Below are positions 48,157 to 56,600 of a stretch of 62,012 bases of DNA, in pieces. The notes under the pieces are model-generated. The model was not told the DNA's origin. It searched no databases and was given only the letters and a program-made list of their open reading frames with translations. The stretch's first letter is position 1, and every line of letters begins with the position of its first letter. The stretch spans positions 62,001 to 124,012 of IMG/VR virus record IMGVR_UViG_3300042894_008159; one strand, written 5' to 3'. The DNA is from an uncultured virus (IMG/VR IMGVR_UViG_3300042894_008159). Its lineage: Duplodnaviria > Heunggongvirae > Uroviricota > Caudoviricetes. Position numbers and translations under genes: made by a program.

Positions 48157-49314
48157 ATGAAACCTAAAATTTTAAGTTTGGTCCCAGATAGGCTTGAAAA
48201 ACCTATGGGAGGACTAGGAATTCAATACACACATATACATCCTTATTTACAAGAGAATTTTGAGGTATTCACTGTTTGTTATCCACACCTTACCCCACAA
48301 TTTTCATTTCCTAATACTAAACAAATTTACCCGTCATTTTTACCAGACCCAAAAGAACCAGGAAATCCTCTAATTTATAATCTGGCACACCAAATTAATT
48401 ATTTCACAGCTTCTTTAAAATTTCAACGACCTGATTTGATTCACGCCTACGATTGGCCATGCTACTTGGTAGCTAACCATCTGGCCATTTATTATGGGGT
48501 TCCTTTGGTGATGTCTTTGAGCTTAAGTATAAGAGGTCAAATCCAAAAAAATTTAAAAATTGTTTTTGATGACAAAAATTTCGATGGATTAACCACACAA
48601 AAAACTTTGGAGGGTTTGGAAACGGGGATGTTAAATTGTGCAGATATTATTGTTGGTGTCGGAAGTTTTTACAAAGACGTATATCCAGAATTTCGTTCGA
48701 AAATCAGAATTATTCCAAATGGAATCAATTTAGATTCTTGGATACCTAAGAGCCAAGTTTCAATACCTTTGGACAATGGTATAAATGTTCTATACATCGG
48801 AAGATTTGCCAAAATGAAAGGGTTTGATCATTTGATGAATGCAAATATTCCGGATGGGATTAATTTAATTGTGGCTGGATCATCTGAGGGAGGAGATTTA
48901 GAATGTGTAAATCTGCTTCAAGCTAAATTAGATTCGAAAAAAAAGAATTTATTTTTCTGTGGTCCTTTATATGGACAGAAAAAAATTGAACTCATGCACT
49001 CTGTAGAAGCAGTAATCATGCCCAGCGTTCATGAACCATTTGGCATTGTAGCTTTAGAAGCTTTTGCTTCCGGTGCCATATTGATTTCATCTCGTTTAGA
49101 TGGTTTGGGTGATTTTGTAAACGAAAGAAATTCAATGTTGGTAGAACCAACTCCAGAAGGAATTGAAAAATCCCTTGAAAATTTATTGAAATTGAAAGAA
49201 GAAGAAAAGTTGAAATTAAAAATAGAAGGTAGAAAAACCTGTGAGATCTTTACATGGAAAAATGCTGGAGAAAAAATGACAGAAGTCTACAATGAACTTC
49301 TAAAATCTCGTTAA
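48157..49314 (+). CDS. Glycosyltransferase family 4 (GT-B)
   Basis: GGLG, PDLIHA.DW, IPNGI, YIGR....KG, MPS.HEPFGIVALEA; the only convincing + strand gene. Confidence 0.92.
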   Translation: MKPKILSLVPDRLEKPMGGLGIQYTHIHPYLQENFEVFTVCYPHLTPQFSFPNTKQIYPSFLPDPKEPGNPLIYNLAHQINYFTASLKFQRPDLIHAYDWPCYLVANHLAIYYGVPLVMSLSLSIRGQIQKNLKIVFDDKNFDGLTTQKTLEGLETGMLNCADIIVGVGSFYKDVYPEFRSKIRIIPNGINLDSWIPKSQVSIPLDNGINVLYIGRFAKMKGFDHLMNANIPDGINLIVAGSSEGGDLECVNLLQAKLDSKKKNLFFCGPLYGQKKIELMHSVEAVIMPSVHEPFGIVALEAFASGAILISSRLDGLGDFVNERNSMLVEPTPEGIEKSLENLLKLKEEEKLKLKIEGRKTCEIFTWKNAGEKMTEVYNELLKSR

Positions 49315-49592
49315 TTTATAGGAGTTAAAATACCAGTTTCTAGGTCTAAACTGACGTTCCCATATTTATATTCCATGAGAGACATAAAATTTTTTTCTTC
49401 CTCTTTAAATTTCAAAAATTTTCTTTCAGTCTCTTTTTTCCTTTCTTGGAGATTAATTTCTTCCATCTTAAGAGAACCGAATTCAACCAAGAACATATCA
49501 CCAGATTTCCTGAATTCCTGAATTTTCTTTAATTCTTCTGGCTGTATCATATCTGAATATTCTTCTTTTCCTGTTTCTTCTATATTATTCAT
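49311..49592 (-). CDS. Small coiled-coil protein, paralog of 47792..48064
   Basis: I.PEEL.KIQ...FG.L...KYG...LDLETG. Confidence 0.65.
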   Translation of the reverse strand: MNNIEETGKEEYSDMIQPEELKKIQEFRKSGDMFLVEFGSLKMEEINLQERKKETERKFLKFKEEEKNFMSLMEYKYGNVSLDLETGILTPIN

Positions 49593-49897
49593 GTGCGAGA
49601 AAATGTTGCTTGTGAATTAATCGAATTTGCGGATTGTAGTTCTGGAATAACAAAAGTTTCTATTGCCTGAATGAGGCTGTTATAAGAATCCGAAATTGAA
49701 ATATCATAATTCAACTTGCTGCGATCTACGTTTGAAAAAACTACAGTATCTCTGTGAATTCCATCTTCAGAGACAACATGAAGATCAACGTGCAAATTTC
49801 CTTGGAAAGACAAATGGGCTACGATCTTCAAAAGAGGAGACTCGTGGATTAATTGCGAGGTTGGATTTTTGAATAAACCTGTAATCTGAATGGCCAT
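49589..49897 (-). CDS. Hypothetical late protein, fibre-associated by context
   Basis: 102 aa; late motif at 49917. Confidence 0.6.
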   Translation of the reverse strand: MAIQITGLFKNPTSQLIHESPLLKIVAHLSFQGNLHVDLHVVSEDGIHRDTVVFSNVDRSKLNYDISISDSYNSLIQAIETFVIPELQSANSINSQATFSRT

Positions 49898-49948
49898 AGA
49901 TTTCTATTAATTTTTATATATATCTTTGGAAATTAACCCATAAATAAA

Positions 49949-50602
49949 TTATTTTTTTAATCTTGATAAATAATCCAAAAAATTTCCTTCGTAGATTTTA
50001 ACACCGATGTGTTTACAGCACATAGAAGGATTTAACCAAATTTTAAAACCTAGATCTGTTAATTTTTTACACATCATTCTATCTTCACTCATCAAGTTTC
50101 CTTCAACAATACCAATATCAAAAACCATTCGATTTTGGGCTCCTTCGTTCCAATAGATTGAACTTTTCTCCCATAAAGTTAGTAGGGCCTTTCTTGACAG
50201 TTTCAAGAAACCAGTACCAATTCCTTCAACCTGCATCAATCCATGTTCATTGACTGATAAATTATTGGCGGATATAGGATAAATCTCCTTTGAATCTGTT
50301 TTTTTTGGATATGTTCCGCCAATAACATCAAGTGGGCTCTCTGCCAATTCAACAACCCATCGGGGGTTAAATTCCAAATCATGATCTATGAAAATTATAC
50401 TTTCTACCTGATGTTGAACCGCTAATTTAACAAGGTCGTTTCTGGCTCTTTGTACCAATGCATCATAGGAAAGAAAAATTGGGATTAAATCAATTTTTTT
50501 TAAAGATGCCTCTTTAATTGCTGAGAATAATGAAACTGCAAATTGGGCGGTAACCTTTCCATCATAGCACGGAGTTCCAATCATAATTTTTTTTTGAGAC
50601 AT
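49949..50602 (-). CDS. Glycosyltransferase, GT-A fold
   Basis: IGTPCY, LV.RARN, DxD motif FIDHD, GTGF....R, SED..C, C.H.G; starts 18 nt after the fibre stop. Confidence 0.8.
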   Translation of the reverse strand: MSQKKIMIGTPCYDGKVTAQFAVSLFSAIKEASLKKIDLIPIFLSYDALVQRARNDLVKLAVQHQVESIIFIDHDLEFNPRWVVELAESPLDVIGGTYPKKTDSKEIYPISANNLSVNEHGLMQVEGIGTGFLKLSRKALLTLWEKSSIYWNEGAQNRMVFDIGIVEGNLMSEDRMMCKKLTDLGFKIWLNPSMCCKHIGVKIYEGNFLDYLSRLKK

Positions 50603-50620
50603 TTAAATAGGTTAATTCCT

Positions 50621-53600
50621 CTAATCTTTAGGGAGAGATTTCTCTAAAGTTTCAATTCTAGAGGTCAGCTCTTGAATAGCATTAACTAAATGCCAAGTTA
50701 CTCTGCTCGAATTGACAGATAAAACACCATCGGATGTTTCTGAAACTGCTTCTGGAATAATTAATTGAAACTCCTGTGCTATTACACCAATCTGAATTCC
50801 TGGTTTTTTAATGGCTCTGTTTTTTGGAATTTCGATAATTTCATCCTCTTTTCTATATTCGAAATTACGAACTCTTATGGAGTTAATAATTGACAAACCT
50901 TGTGAATTGTCAATAATATTTTTTTTCAATCTTATATCGGAGTTTACTTGCCAACTTGGATCATTTTGTCCATTATAAGCTCCGTTAGTACCACCAATAA
51001 AAGCGGTATCATCTGCTATACCTCCTGCAAGATCACCAATTACAATTTGATTTACCGCATTTGTTGCACTTCCTTCTGCACCTCGACCGATGATAACGTT
51101 TCCTGTTCCATTTATTAGCTGAGATCCTGCTTGATAACCAGCAGCAACATTTCTAGCTCCAACTGTCACATTTTTTAATGATTCAGATCCAACCGCCGTG
51201 TTTTGATTTCCGGTTGTGTTTGAACTTAAAGAAGCAGAACCAGCAGCAAGATTATTATCACCAGTTGTGTTTGAGTCTAGTGCTTGTGAACCTACTGCTA
51301 CGTTATTATCAGCAGTGCTGAGCAACAAAGCATTGTGTCCTATTGCAACGTTGTTACTATTCACAACATTTGCTCCCAAAGCATCGTTTCCTATCGCAAC
51401 ATTTTGAATTCCTGTTGTGTTATCATCCAAGGCCTGATATCCAACCGCTACGTTGTTGGCACCAGTGGTGTTGACACCCAATGCGTTAAATCCCACGGCT
51501 AGGTTAGGTGTTCCAGTTGTATTGGAATCTAAGGCTCTAGAACCAACAGCTACGTTGTTGTCAGCCGTGTTGAGCAGCAAGGCATTATGTCCTACAGCCA
51601 CGTTGTTGCTGTTGGTAGCGTTTGCTCCCAAAGCATCGTTTCCAACAGCAACATTTTGAATTCCTGTTGTGTTGACATCCAATGCCGAGTGTCCAACTGC
51701 TACGTTGTTGGCACCAGTGGTGTTGGCTTCTAAGGCTAATGTACCTATGGCTACGTTAGGTGTTCCAGTTGTATTGGAATCTAAGGCTCTAGAACCAACA
51801 GCTACGTTGTTGTCAGCCGTGTTGAGCAGCAAGGCATTATGTCCTACAGCCACGTTGTTGCTGTTGGTAGCGTTTGCTCCCAAAGCATCGTTTCCTATCG
51901 CAACATTTTGAACTCCTGTTGTGTTGGCATCCAAGGTCTGATGCCCAACAGCTACGTTGTTGGCACCTGTGGTGTTGAGACCCAATGCGTTAGTTCCTAC
52001 AGCCACGTTTGGAGTACCTGTTGTGTTTGCGTCTAGTGCTAATGAACCTATGGCCACGTTGTTGCTGACAGTGTTGAGCAACAAGGCGTTGTGACCGAAT
52101 GCTGTGTTATCTACTCCTGTAGCAACAGCTCCTAAAGCCTCGTTACCAACTGCCACATTTCGGACTCCTGTTGTGTTGGCATCCAAGGTCTGATGTCCAA
52201 CTGCTACGTTGTTGGCACCTGTGTTGTTGAGACCCAATGCGTTAGTACCTACTGCCACGTTTGGAGTACCTGTTGTGTTTGCGTCTAGTGCTAATGAACC
52301 TATGGCCACATTATTGTTGGTAGTGTTTAGCAACAAGGCGTTGTGGCCGAATGCTGTGTTATCAGTTCCAGTGGCAACAGCTCCTAAAGCCTCGTTACCA
52401 ACTGCCACATTTCGGACTCCTGTTGTGTTGGCATCCAAGGTCTGATGTCCAACTGCTACGTTGTTAGCACCTGTGTTGTTGACACCCAAAGCGTTAGTAC
52501 CAACGGCCACGTTTGGAGTACCTGTAGTGTTTGCGTCTAGTGCTAATGAACCTATGGCCACATTATTGTTGGTAGTGTTTAGCAACAAGGCGTTATGTCC
52601 TAAAGCCACATTATTCGTACCTGTAGCATTAGCACCTAAAGCATCAGTTCCTATGGCCACATTAGGTGTTCCAGTTGTATTGGCGTCTAAGGCTCTGGAT
52701 CCAACAGCCACATTATTGTTGGTAGTGTTTAGCAACAAGGCGTTATGTCCTAAAGCCACATTATTCGTACCTGTAGCATTAGCACCTAGAGCATCAGTTC
52801 CTATGGCCACATTAGGTGTTCCAGTTGTATTGGCGTCTAAGGCTCTGGAGCCAATTGCTACGTTGTTGTCGGCTGTGTTTAAAAGTAAGGAGTTAAAGCC
52901 TACAGCCACGTTATTACTGTTGATAAGGTTTGCTCCCAAAGAATCACTTCCGATTGCTATATTTTGTACACCTGTAGTATTGACGTCTAAAGCAGAAGAT
53001 CCTATAGCTACGTTATTAGCACCCGTAGTGTTGGCATTGAGAGCGGTAGGTCCTAAAACTACGTTCGTTGCAATAGAACCCGCTCCCCTTCCAACTCTAA
53101 CAGAGTTTACAGCCATATCTGAGCTTAAAACTTCTAAAGTAAATGTTGGAGCAGTCGTGCCACCGATTGTTATTCTACCGGTGTCATGGATCCTCATGAC
53201 CTCTACTCCACCTTCCACGAATCCGATTGTATCTGCTGCTGGAAAGTAAATTCCAGTGTTTGTATCAGCACTATTTAAACCTGCTGAGATCGATGGATTA
53301 GTAACTGTACCTGCAGTCAAATCTAATCTTCTAGTACCAGCAGCTAAATTTACTAAGGCCATTATTTGTGTTGTACCAGCATACCAATAGTAAGCGCCAT
53401 TAGCCGCTGATCCTATAATTGAATACCACATACTAGGAACACCACCGTCAGCCATATATCCCATACCAATGTCTACGGAAGCAGCACCTACACTGGGATA
53501 AAGAACAACTTTAGTACCAGCACTCCTTGTTGTGAATGCTGGTGGACCAGCTCCATTAGTATTGAAATCAATCCTATTAGATGTAACTCCATTTAAATAA

Positions 53601-56600
53601 ATTTGTGATGCACCTGTAGTTGGTGAGCCAGTACCTGTAAAAGATAAAGTAGGAGAAGTGTAAGTTAAATCAGATTCTACTGTAACGTTGGGTGAAGAAC
53701 CGTTTAAAGTTAATACACCATTATCAGTAGAACCAGATAAAGTGGCAAAACCAGAAGTTCCAGAAGATCCGGATGATCCTGAAGATCCGCTAGATCCAGA
53801 GGATCCTGATGAACCAGAGGTTCCAGAAGATCCGGATGATCCTGAAGATCCACTAGATCCCGAAGAACCAGACGTTCCAGAAGATCCAGATGATCCTGAA
53901 GATCCACTAGATCCCGAAGATCCACTCGAACCAGAAGAACCAGAAGATCCTGACGAACCAGACGTTCCAGAAGAACCTGATGACCCAGAAGATCCACTGG
54001 ATCCCGATGAACCAGAAGTTCCAGAAGAACCTGATGACCCAGAAGATCCACTCGAACCAGAAGAACCAGAAGATCCGCTAGATCCAGAGGATCCTGATGA
54101 ACCAGAGGTTCCAGAAGATCCGGATGATCCTGAAGATCCACTAGATCCCGAAGAACCAGACGTTCCAGAAGATCCAGATGATCCTGAAGATCCACTCGAA
54201 CCAGAAGAACCAGAAGATCCGCTAGATCCAGAAGATCCCGATGAACCAGAGGTTCCAGAAGATCCGGATGATCCTGAGGATCCACTTGAACCAGAAGATC
54301 CTGAAGAACCGGATGATCCTGACGAACCAGATGTTCCTCTAGTACCAGAAGAGCCTGAGGTTCCGGAAGAACCAGAAGAACCAGAAGATCCGCTAGATCC
54401 AGATGAACCAGATGTTCCAGAAGATCCTGACGAACCAGATGTTCCAGAAGAACCTGATGACCCAGAAGATCCACTAGATCCAGATGAACCTGATGTTCCA
54501 GAAGATCCTGATGATCCTGAAGATCCACTCGAACCAGAAGATCCAGAAGATCCACTAGATCCAGATGAACCAGATGTTCCGGAAGAACCTGATGACCCAG
54601 AAGATCCGCTAGATCCAGATGAACCTGATGTTCCAGAAGATCCAGATGATCCGGAAGATCCGCTAGATCCAGATGAACCTGACGATCCAGAAGATCCACT
54701 AGATCCAGATGAACCTGATGTTCCAGAAGATCCAGACGATCCGCTAGATCCAGATGAACCTGATGTTCCAGAAGATCCTGATGATCCTGAAGATCCACTC
54801 GAACCAGAAGATCCACTAGATCCTGATGAACCAGAAGTTCCTCTAGTACCAGAAGAACCAGAAGATCCACTAGATCCAGATGAACCTGATGTTCCAGAAG
54901 ATCCGGATGATCCGGAAGATCCGCTAGATCCAGATGAACCTGACGATCCAGAAGATCCGCTAGATCCAGATGAACCAGATGTTCCAGAAGATCCTGATGA
55001 TCCTGAAGATCCGCTAGATCCAGAGGATCCAGATGAACCTGAAGTTCCAGAAGAACCAGACGATCCAGAAGATCCACTAGATCCAGATGAACCTGATGAA
55101 CCAGAAGTTCCAGATGATCCTGATGATCCTGAAGATCCACTCGAACCAGAAGAGCCAGAAGATCCGCTAGATCCAGAGGATCCTGATGAACCAGAAGTTC
55201 CAGATGATCCGGAAGATCCGCTAGATCCAGATGAACCAGAAGTCCCTCTAGTACCAGACGATCCAGAAGATCCACTAGATCCAGATGAACCTGATGTTCC
55301 AGAAGATCCTGATGATCCTGAAGATCCACTCGAACCAGAAGAGCCAGAAGATCCGCTAGATCCAGATGAACCAGATGTTCCAGAAGATCCTGATGATCCT
55401 GAAGATCCGCTAGATCCAGAGGATCCTGATGAACCAGAAGTTCCAGATGATCCGGAAGATCCGCTAGATCCAGATGAACCAGACGATCCAGAAGATCCGC
55501 TAGATCCAGATGAACCTGATGTTCCAGAAGATCCTGATGATCCTGAAGATCCGCTCGAACCAGAAGATCCAGACGATCCACTTGATCCAGATGAACCAGA
55601 AGTTCCTCTAGTACCAGACGATCCAGAAGATCCGCTAGATCCAGATGAACCAGATGTTCCAGAAGAACCTGATGACCCAGAAGATCCGCTTGAACCAGAA
55701 GAGCCAGACGATCCAGAAGATCCACTAGATCCAGATGAACCTGATGTTCCAGAAGATCCAGACGATCCGCTAGATCCAGAGGATCCTGATGAACCAGAAG
55801 TTCCAGATGATCCGGAAGATCCGCTAGATCCAGATGAACCTGATGTTCCAGAAGATCCTGATGATCCTGAAGATCCACTCGAACCAGAAGAGCCAGAAGA
55901 TCCGCTAGATCCAGATGAACCAGATGTTCCAGAAGATCCTGATGATCCTGAAGATCCGCTAGATCCAGAGGATCCAGATGAACCTGAAGTTCCAGAAGAA
56001 CCAGACGATCCAGAAGATCCACTAGATCCAGATGAACCTGATGTTCCAGAAGATCCACTAGATCCAGATGAACCTGATGTTCCAGAAGATCCAGACGATC
56101 CGCTAGATCCAGATGAACCAGATGTTCCAGAAGAACCTGATGACCCAGAAGATCCACTAGATCCAGATGAACCTGATGTTCCAGAAGATCCTGATGATCC
56201 TGAAGATCCACTCGAACCAGAAGAGCCAGAAGATCCGCTAGATCCAGAGGATCCAGATGAACCAGAAGTTCCAGATGATCCGGAAGATCCGCTAGATCCA
56301 GATGAACCAGAAGATCCAGAAGATCCGCTAGATCCAGATGAACCAGATGTTCCAGAAGAACCTGATGACCCAGAAGATCCGCTTGAACCAGAAGAGCCAG
56401 ACGATCCAGAAGATCCACTAGATCCAGATGAACCTGATGTTCCAGAAGATCCAGACGATCCGCTAGATCCAGATGAACCAGAAGTTCCTCTAGTACCAGA
56501 CGATCCAGAAGATCCACTAGATCCAGATGAACCTGATGTTCCAGAAGATCCTGATGATCCTGAAGTTCCAGAAGAACCAGACGATCCTGAGGATCCACTT

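Noticed and set aside
51000..53110. Duplicated fibre-head blocks as diversity-generating retroelement template/variable repeats
   Set aside because: They are in-frame tandem copies inside one gene, with no reverse transcriptase in the window and no evident adenine-specific variation.
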